Of a stretch of 28,291 bases of DNA, positions 6,757-17,087 are shown piece by piece. This DNA comes from an uncultured Candidatus Peribacteria bacterium. Its GTDB lineage: Bacteria; Patescibacteriota; Gracilibacteria; UBA1369; CAYGJQ01. The position numbers and the translations under genes were made by a program. Positions within the stretch are counted from its first letter, which is position 1, and each line of letters begins with the position of its first letter. A model generated the notes under the pieces. That model ran no database searches. It saw nothing but the letters and a program-made list of their open reading frames with translations, and had not been told where the DNA came from. The stretch is taken from NCBI GenBank assembly GCA_964350285.1, contig CAYGJQ010000015.1, forward strand, positions 1 to 28,291, read 5' to 3'.

Positions 6757-7536
6757 CTAGTTATTCAACTTTCCGTCTGGGAACACCAGCAATAAATCTT
6801 TTCGCTCCAATACAATCGGCCACGCTTGCTTCTTTGCTTCCTCCGCCAGCGCATAGGTCGGATTAATCACAATCGATTTTCCTACCTTTTTTAGCATTGA
6901 TACATCGGAAACCGTGTCTCCAAGAGCAATACATTTTTTCAAATCAAACTGCTTTTCATACTCCTTTTCAATAAACGCCCCCTTATGCTTCAAAATCGTC
7001 AGATCAATATCACCAGTAAACACATCATTCTCAAAAATCCACTCGGAACTATGGATCTTCCAAGGGAAAAGCCCAATCTTATTTAAATACATCTGCGCCA
7101 TAAACGACGGCGCTCCAGATACCGCAATCAGCTTATAGCCAAGATTTTTCAGTTTAATCAGCAACAGCCATGGAAAGAAGTAGAAGCTCGCGCCTTGTCC
7201 TTCCACCACATCTTGCGCAATTTTATGGAGAATTTCATATGAAAAACATTTTAAACTCGGGATCAGATTAATCACATCATCCAGATATTCTTTAAAGTCT
7301 AATTCCCGGTTTTTCCAGAGTTTACGTGCTCTTTCAACCATTACCTCCTTATCACAAGATAGTAGGTCTCGCCGCGTAATCTCCGTAATCAGCAGTTCCA
7401 AATTATCATTGCGGCTCACCGTGCCATCGATATCAAAAAACACCGCCGCATCACCATTTACCGGTTTCTTAATTTCCAATGTCTCCAGCAAATGCTTGAT
7501 CTGCTTCGACGCAATTTTTGAATTTTCAATATTCAA
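6757..7536 (-). CDS. HAD-superfamily subfamily IB hydrolase (SerB-like); TTG start uncertain
   Basis: Motif I FFDIDGT, motif II AVSG, motif III K and motif IV ALGDTVSDVSML...INPT. Confidence 0.92.
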   Translation of the reverse strand: MNIENSKIASKQIKHLLETLEIKKPVNGDAAVFFDIDGTVSRNDNLELLITEITRRDLLSCDKEVMVERARKLWKNRELDFKEYLDDVINLIPSLKCFSYEILHKIAQDVVEGQGASFYFFPWLLLIKLKNLGYKLIAVSGAPSFMAQMYLNKIGLFPWKIHSSEWIFENDVFTGDIDLTILKHKGAFIEKEYEKQFDLKKCIALGDTVSDVSMLKKVGKSIVINPTYALAEEAKKQAWPIVLERKDLLLVFPDGKLNN

Positions 7537-7627
7537 GATTTTTGTTTTTATTTTCGATCACATAATTATAACATAGAGCACAGAGTCAAAAAAGACGCTT
7601 ACTGACTCCCAAAGTTAAATCCAACCC

Positions 7628-8107
7628 ATGAATAGCACTTCCCCCAAAATAGCTTCAACCAAAGGTTTTTTATTTTTCAGCAGTATCGTAATTGATCTGA
7701 TTATTCTCGACCAGCTCACCAAATATTTTGCCCGCACCAGTTTCGGTGACAGTCCTATCGAAGTGATTCCTCAATGGTTTTACCTCACCTACAGTGAGAA
7801 TGTTGGGATCGCTTGGAGTATTCCAATTCCTCAAACTCTACTTCTACTTGGGATTCCACTACTTTTCATCGCCGGTGTCCATGTTTCGATCAAATATTTC
7901 AACTACCAAAAACGGCTTACTCAAGCTGCTTTTTCACTGATTTTTGCCGGAGCTATCAGCAATTACGCCGATCGTATCATCTTCGGCCATGTCATTGACT
8001 TTATTTCTGTTGGCAGCTTCCCAATCTTCAACCTCGCCGACGCATATATTACTTGCGCTGCCTTTATTATCATTGTCTTTTATGGTAAAATAGAGAGAAT
8101 TAATTAA
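7628..8107 (+). CDS. lspA: Lipoprotein signal peptidase II
   Basis: DQLTK, N-x-G-I-A-W, GAISNYADR, VIDF and FPIFNLAD catalytic motifs. Confidence 0.97.
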   Translation: MNSTSPKIASTKGFLFFSSIVIDLIILDQLTKYFARTSFGDSPIEVIPQWFYLTYSENVGIAWSIPIPQTLLLLGIPLLFIAGVHVSIKYFNYQKRLTQAAFSLIFAGAISNYADRIIFGHVIDFISVGSFPIFNLADAYITCAAFIIIVFYGKIERIN

Positions 8108-8112
8108 GGACT

Positions 8113-8892
8113 ATGGACCAATTTGAGCCACCTCACATCTCTTTTACCACTTTTGCGCTGAAAGTTGCCGCTGGCATCACCAGTGGTATCGCCGCAACCG
8201 GAATTCTCTTAGGTCTATTTTTTGCGACCTCGTCCATTCTCCAGCCAGTGCTCAATCCCGAGGGCATCACCACTGATACTAATCCATTGTTTGTGGTTGC
8301 CGTGATTCTGATCATTTTCCTCACAACTCTCGGTGCCAATATGATCGGCACTTTGCTATTTTCCCTCGCTCACCGTGAAAAATACCAACGCAAAAGTACG
8401 GCACTCACGCACATCTTTGCTCTCAACATCATCATCCTTTTGCTCCTCTTACCGCTCTACGCAATCAGTAGTTCAACCTCAGCCAATCTGACTATTTCCA
8501 TCGGTGCCCTCCACGTAATCATGGGCACCACCGCTAGCTTGATGATTTTCGAAGTCATTAGCAATATGCGCTACGCCCTCGTAGGAATCTACAGTACACT
8601 TTTTGCTCTCCTCGCTGGCATTGGGCTCAATTTTCTCGTCTTCGAAATCACTGCCAACTGGACGATTGTTATGTTTACTGCAATGCCAGTTATCTGGGCC
8701 AGTATTGGGTTTAGTTCGGCCATCGTTGAGTCTCTTTATCGTTGGGTTTACACTACTTGGGGTAAAGATTTCTTGCTGACAACCGCAGAATACGGCGCTG
8801 ATTACGGCGTTCAGGAAGAACCAGAGGAAGCAGCACCTCAACCGCAAACTCATGATGAAGCCGGCAGCGATTTCTTGAAGAAGAATCGCTAG
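8113..8892 (+). CDS. Polytopic membrane protein of unknown function with an acidic C-terminal tail
   Basis: 259-aa ORF with about 6-7 hydrophobic segments, 5 nt downstream of lspA. Confidence 0.85.
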   Translation: MDQFEPPHISFTTFALKVAAGITSGIAATGILLGLFFATSSILQPVLNPEGITTDTNPLFVVAVILIIFLTTLGANMIGTLLFSLAHREKYQRKSTALTHIFALNIIILLLLLPLYAISSSTSANLTISIGALHVIMGTTASLMIFEVISNMRYALVGIYSTLFALLAGIGLNFLVFEITANWTIVMFTAMPVIWASIGFSSAIVESLYRWVYTTWGKDFLLTTAEYGADYGVQEEPEEAAPQPQTHDEAGSDFLKKNR

Positions 8893-10667
8893 CTTTTTTT
8901 CTTGTTTCTCCGTCTGCCGAATAATCCAAATAGTCTATTCGCAATACTCAGTGGAGATTTTTGCTTTTCAATTTCCAAGCCTTCACTCTCGGCTTCATCC
9001 AATTCCTCTTCTTTATCTTCAAAAACCGGACCAATCATTCCTGTTCGAACCCCAATTTCCTGCTGGAGTTTATTTTTCAATCCATTGTCTTCAGTCTCAA
9101 CCGCCATATCAACTGCCATTTCCAAAATATCGATTTCAGTTTCGCTAATTTTCAAGCGTCGAAAAATCCGTTGGAACATTGACCAATTTTTGCTGGCATG
9201 AAACTCCTTTAAAATTAGTCGATACTTAAAGTTGCCTTTGATTTCTTCAATCATAATTTCAGAAAATAGGATCATTCCTTCCGTACTTCCCTGAGCCACG
9301 CTTAGTTTTAAGCCCAAAGGCAGCAGGTAAGTGTCATCTTCAGACAATTCACCAGGGCTGGTAATCTCAATAAATCTTCTTAGATTTTCCAAGGCCATCT
9401 CGCGATCCCCAGTAATAAAGTAAGTTGTAAATCGACTCAAAAAGCGTTCTTTCGGTGGCTCGGGCTCTACAGTTTCTAATCGCAGGAGACATTTCTTTAT
9501 TTTGCTGTAATCCCGTAATTTGGAAAAAACCGCTAAACAAAGCAAGAGTTCACTATGGGGACAATCTTCACTTTCTAGTAAAAACTCCGCTGATTCAGCC
9601 GCTAGTTTTAAATCTCCATTCTCAAAATAAGCTCGAGCCGCCACTCTTTCCACAAACCTGGGTTTTTCCGAGCAATTCTCTCGTAGGTAGTCGATATCTT
9701 CTGCCACAGCTTTATACTCTCCAGTATTCAAGCCGGAAACTGTCTTAATAATCACCGCTCGTTTCGTGTGCTCTTCCGGATCAAAGAAATTATAACTTTG
9801 ATTCGCTTCAGAATCAGATTTATCTAAAAATAATTTGCTGTAGTAGAAAGCGTTATCCCAGTCGCCTAAATTATAATAAGCTGATGCGATATGCATGATT
9901 GTCAGTAGACAGTCAGGCTCGTTGTCATGAATTTCATAAGCATAGTCTAAAATATCTTCGAACCTTCTCAGTCTCCGAGCTGCAGTTAGTGCATAAACAA
10001 CCGTCGGCTTTTCCGAGTAATGGTGGGGTTCTTTATCCGTATTCTCAAAGTAGTATTTCACCCAGTCAGCAATTTCTCGCCATAAATGCATGATTGCCGC
10101 TTGTCGGGTGGCCACCGGGGAATAAACTTCATTATTTTCTTGGCATAAACCATGTAGCTTTTTCATTACTTCGTTGAAGCGTTCCATCTCCAGGTTTTCA
10201 TGTGTTAGTTCTATCGGCATTTTCGGAGTTTCACCTTGTTCAAGGTGTTTTTGGGCTTCCAAGATATTCGCCAGTTTTTTCAGTGACACCAAAAGTTTCC
10301 CCAGATGGGCTGGTGATTGAAGGAATTTCTCACTTTCTCGTCCCTTCATCAGTTTAGTAAAAATCTCAATCGCCCTTAGATTTGAAGACAATCCGCCTCT
10401 TTGCAATTGTTTAGCACTATCAATTGTCATCATTTCATGATTGTCCAGACCTCCTTCAGAACCATGAACGTAAGGCCCCACATATTTCGGTGCTTCAGGA
10501 ATCGATTCAGTAAAACCAGGATCACTAAGCGCTTCATTCAGTTGTTGTATTAATTCTGCACTTATCCCCTCCGAGATCGCAGGATCAACATTATGTTCTG
10601 ATGGCAACTCTACTTCCGGCAATTCCGGAATTCGTTTGACTAGATTTAGTTTTCTTTGACTCGACAA
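8889..10667 (-). CDS. Orphan TPR-like helical repeat protein with a C-terminal amphipathic helix; start uncertain
   Basis: 592-aa ORF with TPR-like segments (ASAYYNLGDWDNAF, ARAYFENGDLKLA), ending RLFGLFGRRRNKKKS. Confidence 0.8.
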   Translation of the reverse strand: MSSQRKLNLVKRIPELPEVELPSEHNVDPAISEGISAELIQQLNEALSDPGFTESIPEAPKYVGPYVHGSEGGLDNHEMMTIDSAKQLQRGGLSSNLRAIEIFTKLMKGRESEKFLQSPAHLGKLLVSLKKLANILEAQKHLEQGETPKMPIELTHENLEMERFNEVMKKLHGLCQENNEVYSPVATRQAAIMHLWREIADWVKYYFENTDKEPHHYSEKPTVVYALTAARRLRRFEDILDYAYEIHDNEPDCLLTIMHIASAYYNLGDWDNAFYYSKLFLDKSDSEANQSYNFFDPEEHTKRAVIIKTVSGLNTGEYKAVAEDIDYLRENCSEKPRFVERVAARAYFENGDLKLAAESAEFLLESEDCPHSELLLCLAVFSKLRDYSKIKKCLLRLETVEPEPPKERFLSRFTTYFITGDREMALENLRRFIEITSPGELSEDDTYLLPLGLKLSVAQGSTEGMILFSEIMIEEIKGNFKYRLILKEFHASKNWSMFQRIFRRLKISETEIDILEMAVDMAVETEDNGLKNKLQQEIGVRTGMIGPVFEDKEEELDEAESEGLEIEKQKSPLSIANRLFGLFGRRRNKKKS

Positions 10668-10693
10668 AGGTAGGATTAAATTTATAGGTGAGC

Positions 10694-10721
10694 ATTCTAT
10701 GTGATTTTCCAGTTATGTCAA
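10694..10721 (-). promoter_or_regulatory. sigma70 promoter of 8889-10667
   Basis: TTGACA (10721-10716), 16-nt spacer, TAGAAT (10699-10694). Confidence 0.75.
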
Positions 10722-10726
10722 CACTT

Positions 10727-10759
10727 AAAAAAGACCCGAGCCAAACCCGAGTCTTTTTT
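10727..10759 (-). terminator. Intrinsic terminator of the SPFH gene (possibly bidirectional)
   Basis: On the - strand GACTCGGG-TTTGG-CTCGGGTC is followed by TTTTTT. Confidence 0.8.
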
Positions 10760-10781
10760 AGTTCTATTATCACAACGTTTT

Positions 10782-11564
10782 CTATTTTTTCTTTCTTACA
10801 AAATCACCAATTTCCTCAACCGCCCGTAATACTTCAATCGGCAACATCCAGATCGTAGTATTTGATTGATCAGATGAAAGATCATTTACCGATTGCAAAG
10901 TCCGGAGGTGGAGTGCACCTGGTGACGCATTCAAAGTACTAGCAGCTTTCGCCATATTTTCTGCGGCAATTACTTCTCCTTCCGCTTTAATAATAACCGC
11001 TCGGCGTTCCCGTTCCGCTTCCGCTTCTTTCGCCATTGTCCGTTTCATTTCGCCTGGAAGCACAATGTCTTTCAATTCAACCGATTCTACCTCGATTCCC
11101 CAAGGATCACTTTGTTTATCAACAATTCCTTCGATCCGGGTTGCAATCTCATCACGGTTGCGGAGAAGTTCATCAAGAGTTACTTCACCTACCGCATTCC
11201 GCATAGTAGTTTGGGCCAATTGGCTTACCGCCCAGAAGAAGTCTTCAACAGCCAATACTGCTTTTTCGGCGTCACGAACTTTATAGTAAATAACCGCATT
11301 AATCGTTACCGAGATGTTATCTTTGGTAATCGCTTCTTGATCCGGTACATCCACCGCTTTTACCCGCATATCAACTTTTCTCATACTCATAAAAACCGGT
11401 ATCACCAGTCTCCAACCTGGTTTTTTAGCTTTATGAAATTTACCCAGCAAAAAAGTCACTCCACGTTCATATTCATTTACTTGGCGGATTGTCGCAATCA
11501 AAATCGGCACCAAAACAAATAATAATGGAATGCTAATTGGAAAAAATTCTAGCAAAGTCTCCAT
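10782..11564 (-). CDS. SPFH/band-7 (stomatin/slipin) family membrane protein
   Basis: RQVNEYERGV, VDMRVK, ITKDNISV, AQTTMRN, WGIEVESVELKD and AEAERERRA...AEGE. Confidence 0.96.
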   Translation of the reverse strand: METLLEFFPISIPLLFVLVPILIATIRQVNEYERGVTFLLGKFHKAKKPGWRLVIPVFMSMRKVDMRVKAVDVPDQEAITKDNISVTINAVIYYKVRDAEKAVLAVEDFFWAVSQLAQTTMRNAVGEVTLDELLRNRDEIATRIEGIVDKQSDPWGIEVESVELKDIVLPGEMKRTMAKEAEAERERRAVIIKAEGEVIAAENMAKAASTLNASPGALHLRTLQSVNDLSSDQSNTTIWMLPIEVLRAVEEIGDFVRKKK

Positions 11565-11642
11565 AGCCTATGAATTACAGATTATTGAGACCATTCTAAT
11601 CCGAAAATAGCCATTAGCAAAAACTTTGTTTAAAATAGGTGT

Positions 11643-12416
11643 ATGGTTACAGAATCGTTACTATTGGTTTCTATTATCGCCTTCGCCCTCACCTTCTTCG
11701 ATGCGGCCGTTGGTATGGGCTACGGCACCAGCATTATCCCAATTTTGATTCTCATCGGAATCGACCCCTTAGATGCAATTCCTGCGGTGCTGCTTACAAA
11801 TGTTGTATTTGGCATTGCTGCCGGGTTTGCTCATCATAAATTCGACAACGTCAAATTCACTAAAAAAAGCCGTGATCTCAAAGTAATGCTTGCCTTATCC
11901 GGATTTGGTGTGATCGGAGTCGTCTTGGCAACTATTGTGGCAGTCCAAGTTCCTAAAGTTTATATCGAAGGGTACATCGGTTTATTAGCAGCTATTGTTG
12001 GTGCTGCTTTAATTATTCATCACAAAACTAAGCACAAGTTTTCCTGGAAAAAGATTATCGGACTTGGGTTTTTTGCCGCTTTTAACAAGGGGTTTACCGG
12101 TGGAGGATATGGGCCCGTAGTTGTTGGAGGGCAAATATTTTCTGGAGTCAAAAGTACTAAAGCTGTCGGTATTGCTTCCTTGGCGGAGGGGATCGTCTCC
12201 ATTGCTGGCGTTCTGGCTTACGCTTACAACTCCCATTTTACCAAGGCTCAATGGGCACTCACTGGCGCCCTAGTCATCGGAGGAATCACCGCTGTGCCAA
12301 TTGCTGCCTTCATCGTCAATAAATATCATCCACGAAAACTCCGCCGAATCATTGGTATCGTCAGCCTGTCTCTTGGTACAGTAATTATTACTCAACTATT
12401 TATCGCCTCCCAATGA
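11643..12416 (+). CDS. TauE/SafE (DUF81) sulfite-exporter family permease
   Basis: About 8 TM segments with the repeated GMGYG / GGGYGP motifs and KAVG. Confidence 0.9.
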   Translation: MVTESLLLVSIIAFALTFFDAAVGMGYGTSIIPILILIGIDPLDAIPAVLLTNVVFGIAAGFAHHKFDNVKFTKKSRDLKVMLALSGFGVIGVVLATIVAVQVPKVYIEGYIGLLAAIVGAALIIHHKTKHKFSWKKIIGLGFFAAFNKGFTGGGYGPVVVGGQIFSGVKSTKAVGIASLAEGIVSIAGVLAYAYNSHFTKAQWALTGALVIGGITAVPIAAFIVNKYHPRKLRRIIGIVSLSLGTVIITQLFIASQ

Positions 12417-12793
12417 CTGAAGATCAAAATTGGAAAGAGAAGCTCACTCCTGAGCAATATCGCGTTTGCCGCTTAAAAGGTACTGAAGCTCCCTTTAGCG
12501 GAAAATACTACAATCATCATGAAGACGGTATGTACAAGTGTGTTGCTTGCGGTGAACCACTCTTCGAATCAGATACTAAGTATGAATCCGGATCCGGCTG
12601 GCCTAGCTTTTTCCAGCCAGCTAGCGAAGACTCAATCGGATACCACGAAGATACATCTCACGGTATGAGCCGCACCGAAGTTACCTGCAAGAAATGTGGA
12701 TCTCACCTTGGTCATGTATTTGAGGATGGACCTAATCCCACAGGAAAAAGATATTGTATTAACTCAGAGTCATTAGATTTCGAAGGTAAGTAG
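12413..12793 (+). CDS. msrB: Peptide-methionine (R)-S-oxide reductase
   Basis: [33 protein letters not shown] and RYCINS. ATGA overlap with the upstream gene. Confidence 0.98.
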   Translation: MTEDQNWKEKLTPEQYRVCRLKGTEAPFSGKYYNHHEDGMYKCVACGEPLFESDTKYESGSGWPSFFQPASEDSIGYHEDTSHGMSRTEVTCKKCGSHLGHVFEDGPNPTGKRYCINSESLDFEGK

Positions 12794-12806
12794 TCTTCAT
12801 AAATTC

Positions 12807-13019
12807 TTCATAAAAAATTTCGAAAAATTTCATATTTGTTTGTTAGGGTTAGCGTGTTAGCTAACAGCAGAGGTTTTTTATTAGGTTAGAAGCGAAGGAC
12901 GATTTCCAAAAGTTTGTCGAATAAGGAGGAAATCAAATTTGAATAAGAGGGGCTGAATTGAAGGGGGGAGGGGAGAATTTTTTCTTTTTCACATCAGGCC
13001 TGACCTTCCCCATACCCAA
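12807..13019. repeat. Dispersed intergenic repeat, copy A (inverted relative to 20484-20702)
   Basis: The first ~95 nt are near-identical by eye to the reverse complement of 20610-20702. Later blocks AGGGGCTGAAT and CATCAGGCCTG...CAT.CCCAA are also shared. Confidence 0.9.
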
Positions 13020-13054
13020 AAAAGGGCTGCCCACCTCCTAGGTAAGCAGCCCTT
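13017..13054 (-). terminator. Intrinsic terminator of ahcY
   Basis: On the - strand AAGGGCTGCTTACCT-AGG-AGGTGGGCAGCCCTT is followed by a T run. Confidence 0.85.
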
Positions 13055-13074
13055 CCAAGTTCTAAAAGAAAATT

Positions 13075-14397
13075 CTAAGTCCCTTCTTGCCAGCTGTTCA
13101 TATACTCAATCTGCTCAGCAGTAAGTTCATCAACCTCAATCCCAAAAGCTTTAAGTTGCAGTCCGGAAATGAAGTCATCCAATTCTTCCGGAAGCAGATG
13201 TACTTTCGGTTCAAGCTGTCCTTTGTTTTGTACCAAGTATTCACAAGAAAGTGCCTGACCACAGAAAGAAAGACTCATCACTTCACTCGGATGACCTTCA
13301 GCCGCTGCAAGATTTACCAGGCGACCTTCTCCGGCGACAAATACCACTTTGTCACCAACAGTATACTCATCAAACCAATCACGAACTCTACGTTTGTTAT
13401 CCGCAGTTTCTTCCAGCCCATCCATATCAATCTCATTGTCGAAGTGTCCTGAGTTACAGAGAATCGCACCGTTTTTCATGTTCTTCACATGTTCCGGACG
13501 AATCACATGTTTATTTCCAGTCACAGTGATATAGATGTCACCTTCTGCCACAGCATCTTCCATTTTCATTACCCGGAAACCATCCATTCGCGCTTGCAAT
13601 GCACAAAAATTGTCCACTTCAGTTACGATTACATCTGCCCCCATTCCTCGGGCTCGAAGTGCACAACCTTTACCACAAGAACCATAACCAGCAACCACTA
13701 CAGTTTTACCAGCAATTAAAATATTTGAAGCACGGATAATTCCATCCAAAGTAGATTGTCCAGTTCCATAGTAGTTATCCATCAAGTGCTTAGTCTTATT
13801 ATCATTCACTGCAATCATCGGATATTTCAAAGCATTATCTTTCTCCATCGCATGTAGACGGTGAATTCCAGTAGTTGTTTCTTCACAACCGCCAATAATA
13901 TCTGCAATCAATTCTGGATTATTTTGGTGAATTTCACTTACCAAGTCACAACCATCATCAATCGTGATATGCGGTTTGAAATCAACAATCGCCCGAATGT
14001 ACTCATAATATTCTTCATTTGATTCCCCTTTGTACCCATATACTTCAACGCCTTCATTTTTCAAAGCCGCCGCTACATCATTTTGAGTACTAAGTGGATT
14101 ACAACCAGTGATCGCCACTTCAGCCCCACCAGCAATCAAAGTCCGCACTAGTACCGCTGTTTCCTTAGTTACATGAAGCGCCATCCCGATCCGAACTCCT
14201 TCAAGTGGTTTTTCGGCAGCAAATCTTTTCTTAACCTCCATCAAGGCCAACATATTTCGTTCGGCTAGCTCAATATTATTTTTCCCTTGAGCAATAAGAT
14301 TGGGATCAGAAAAATCTACTGGGCAGCTACGTCCGTGAGCTTTGCCCTCAGAAATTGTTGATGTCTCCTGCGCATCAGTCATAGTTTGAGTATCCAT
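13075..14397 (-). CDS. ahcY: Adenosylhomocysteinase (SAH hydrolase), short archaeal-like type
   Basis: LHVTKETA, CNPLSTQ, DDGCDL, EETTTG, VND..TK...DN.YGTGQS, GYG.CGKG, GHFDNEI and GEGRLVNL...EGHP. Confidence 0.99.
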   Translation of the reverse strand: MDTQTMTDAQETSTISEGKAHGRSCPVDFSDPNLIAQGKNNIELAERNMLALMEVKKRFAAEKPLEGVRIGMALHVTKETAVLVRTLIAGGAEVAITGCNPLSTQNDVAAALKNEGVEVYGYKGESNEEYYEYIRAIVDFKPHITIDDGCDLVSEIHQNNPELIADIIGGCEETTTGIHRLHAMEKDNALKYPMIAVNDNKTKHLMDNYYGTGQSTLDGIIRASNILIAGKTVVVAGYGSCGKGCALRARGMGADVIVTEVDNFCALQARMDGFRVMKMEDAVAEGDIYITVTGNKHVIRPEHVKNMKNGAILCNSGHFDNEIDMDGLEETADNKRRVRDWFDEYTVGDKVVFVAGEGRLVNLAAAEGHPSEVMSLSFCGQALSCEYLVQNKGQLEPKVHLLPEELDDFISGLQLKAFGIEVDELTAEQIEYMNSWQEGT

Positions 14398-14470
14398 AAA
14401 TAATAGTTAAAACATGCCTTTGCATCGTATCGGAAAGCCAAGATTATGCAACCTGATTATTCAATGCACC

Positions 14471-14501
14471 AAAAAAGCGCCAGCCATCAGACTGACGCTT
14501 T
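14471..14501 (-). terminator. Intrinsic terminator of metK
   Basis: On the - strand AAAGCGTCAGTC-TGAT-GGCTGGCGCTTT is followed by TTT. Confidence 0.8.
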
Positions 14502-14518
14502 CTAGATTTTAAGCTAAA

Positions 14519-15775
14519 TTAAGCTGTTGGCCCTTCCTCCATCAAAGGAGCTGATTCCGTCGCTGCTTCAGCAGGAGCCTCTTGAGCTGGAGCAGTTTTT
14601 TCAGCCACACTAGAATGCAGTCTAGATGCTGCCTCTTTCAACGCAGCTGCTTTATTAGTTTTTTCCCAAGCAAATTCTGAACGACCAAAGTGGCCATAGG
14701 CAGAAGTGTTTTTGTAAACAGGTCGGAGAAGATCTAAGCTTTGGATAATCATTGCCGGTCGTAGATCAAAGTTGGCTCGCACCAATTGTTCAATCTGTTC
14801 ATCAGCAATTGTTCCCGTTCCAAACGTATTTACATGAATTGAAACTGGTTCTGGTACCCCAATTGCATAAGCAATCTGTACTTCACATTTATAAGCCAGA
14901 TCAGCAGCCACAATATTTTTTGCTACGTAACGAGCAGCATAAGCCGCAGAGCGATCTACTTTTGAAGGGTCTTTGCCAGAGAAAGCACCACCACCGTGGC
15001 GCCCCATTCCACCATAAGTGTCTACAATTATCTTACGTCCAGTCAGACCACAATCACCTTGTGGCCCGCCAATAATAAATTTACCAGTCGGGTTGATGTG
15101 GTAGATCGTATTTTCATCAAGATACTCACCACATACTGGCTTAATAACTTTTTCAATAACTTCCTGTTTGATTTCCGCATGTTCAACGTCAGGATCGTGT
15201 TGAGTAGAAACCACTACTGTATGTACACGTTTCGGTTTATCATTTTCGTATTCAACTGTAACTTGAGCTTTCCCATCAGGTCGAAGGAAAGTGATTTCAT
15301 GGCTCTTACGTGCTTCAGCCAAACGTTTTGTAAGCTTGTGAGCCAAAGTAATAGGCAAAGGCATTAGTTCCTCAGTTTCCTTAATCGCATATCCAAACAT
15401 CATCCCTTGGTCTCCAGCACCTTGTTCAGCATGAATCCCTTCCCCTTCATTTACCCCCTGAGCAATATCAGGACTTTGTTCATCAATCGCTACCAGAACC
15501 GCACAAGACTTGTAATCAAGGCCATAATCAGAATTTGTATAACCAACTTCTTTAATCGCATTACGTGCAATTTTCTGCATATCAGCAAATCCACTAGTGG
15601 TAATTTCACCAGCAATAACTACCAAGCCAGTATTTAGAATAACTTCACAAGCTACACGACCACGTGGGTCCTGTGCCAAAATAGCATCAAGTACCGAATC
15701 AGAGATTCGATCTGCCATTTTATCTGGATGTCCTTCAGTAACTGATTCTGATGTGAAGAGGTAGTTTTTTGCCAT
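14519..15775 (-). CDS. metK: S-adenosylmethionine synthetase
   Basis: [49 protein letters not shown] and AYGHFGR. Confidence 0.99.
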   Translation of the reverse strand: MAKNYLFTSESVTEGHPDKMADRISDSVLDAILAQDPRGRVACEVILNTGLVVIAGEITTSGFADMQKIARNAIKEVGYTNSDYGLDYKSCAVLVAIDEQSPDIAQGVNEGEGIHAEQGAGDQGMMFGYAIKETEELMPLPITLAHKLTKRLAEARKSHEITFLRPDGKAQVTVEYENDKPKRVHTVVVSTQHDPDVEHAEIKQEVIEKVIKPVCGEYLDENTIYHINPTGKFIIGGPQGDCGLTGRKIIVDTYGGMGRHGGGAFSGKDPSKVDRSAAYAARYVAKNIVAADLAYKCEVQIAYAIGVPEPVSIHVNTFGTGTIADEQIEQLVRANFDLRPAMIIQSLDLLRPVYKNTSAYGHFGRSEFAWEKTNKAAALKEAASRLHSSVAEKTAPAQEAPAEAATESAPLMEEGPTA

Positions 15776-16052
15776 GATATGCGCTTTTAGAAAATGATTT
15801 TCAGAGTGGAACTTTATCAGTTTAAAGGCATGAAATCAATGCGAAATATGGCAACATTGTCGACAAATAAGGGACAACAGAAAATTAGAGCAAAAGAACC
15901 TTTAAGTAAGGGCAAAACCCAAACCAGCAGTTCCCAAACCCAAAATTTCTCCTGTATGCTCCCCCTATAAAGGGCGGGGGGCTAGGAGGAGGGATAGAAA
16001 GACCGCCCCATTCACTTGTCTTCACCCCCAAAAAAAAAGTTAAACCAAAAGC

Positions 16053-17069
16053 ATGCTCCCCAAAATTCAGCTCACTCTCATCAATTACAACGGCGCCCAA
16101 TTCCTCAAAAAATGCATCGCCTCACTCCTTTCTCAAACTTACCAAAACTTCCACCTCACCATCATCGACAACGTCTCCACCGATGAATCCGTCTCCATCC
16201 TCAACCAAAATTTTGCCAACAATCCCAAAGTCACCATCACTCAAAACCCCGAAAATAACGGCTACACCGGCGCCGCCAACCAAGCTTGTGAATTCGCCGT
16301 CACCACCGGCGCCAAATACTTGATGATTCTCAATCCCGACATCGTCTTCAATCCCGACTACCTCGAAAAAGCCATCACCATCCTCGAACAAGATTCAAAA
16401 ATCGCCGCTTTCACTGGCAAGATCCGCCGCTACGACTGGGCCACTCATCAGAAAACCAACCTCATTGATACCGTCGGCCTCAAATGTTTCCCCAACCGGC
16501 GCGTCGTCGACTACGGCCAAGGCCAGCAAGACAAAGGCCAATTCGACGAACCAGCCGAAGTATTCGGCGTCTCCGGCGCCTGCCCAATTTACCGCACGGC
16601 AGCGCTCCAGGATGCTGCTATCAACGGCGAAGTTTTCGATGAAGACTTCTTCCTCTACAAAGAAGACATCGATATTTCCTGGCGCCTCCGTCTCCGCGGT
16701 TGGAAAATTTTCTATCACCCCTCTGCCATCGCTTACCATGGGCGCGGCACTGGGGTACTCAAAGAATTCAGTCACAAAGCGGTTTTCAAGAATCGTCGTC
16801 ATTCCAGCCAGTTAGCCAAATACTATGCCTTCAAAAACCAGCGCTTAATGCAGATCAAAAACGAACAGTTCCCAAATATTCTCCGCGACGTCATCCCCAT
16901 CCTCACCAAAGAAATCCTAATCTTCGGCTATATCATTTTCCGCGAGCCCCGTCTCCTCAAGTCCGTCGCCCATCTCCTCCGCCAAATTCCTGGCGCGCTA
17001 AGCAAACGTCGTGAAATCAAAAAGAGCACTAAAATTTCCCCGCCAGAAATGCGACAATGGTTTCGCTAA
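16053..17069 (+). CDS. Glycosyltransferase family 2 (WbbL-like)
   Basis: INYNG, IIDNVSTD, NNGYTGAAN, ILNPD, FDEDFFLYKEDIDISWR and AYH. Confidence 0.95.
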   Translation: MLPKIQLTLINYNGAQFLKKCIASLLSQTYQNFHLTIIDNVSTDESVSILNQNFANNPKVTITQNPENNGYTGAANQACEFAVTTGAKYLMILNPDIVFNPDYLEKAITILEQDSKIAAFTGKIRRYDWATHQKTNLIDTVGLKCFPNRRVVDYGQGQQDKGQFDEPAEVFGVSGACPIYRTAALQDAAINGEVFDEDFFLYKEDIDISWRLRLRGWKIFYHPSAIAYHGRGTGVLKEFSHKAVFKNRRHSSQLAKYYAFKNQRLMQIKNEQFPNILRDVIPILTKEILIFGYIIFREPRLLKSVAHLLRQIPGALSKRREIKKSTKISPPEMRQWFR

Positions 17070-17087
17070 ATAATTTTCGTCGTTTCC

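Noticed and set aside
14519-14630. Ala/Glu/Pro-rich C-terminal extension of MetK, and the long MutL linker
   Set aside because: Disordered extensions and linkers of variable length are common in these families.
14398-15890. SAM or SAH riboswitch upstream of metK or ahcY
   Set aside because: No SAM-I/II or SAH consensus elements are visible. The only strong stem is the metK terminator.
15958-15997. CCCCCT-ATAA-AGGGCGGGGGG...GGAGGAGGG hairpin resembling small REP-like repeats
   Set aside because: Single copy in the window with a short imperfect stem, so it cannot be supported as a repeat family here.
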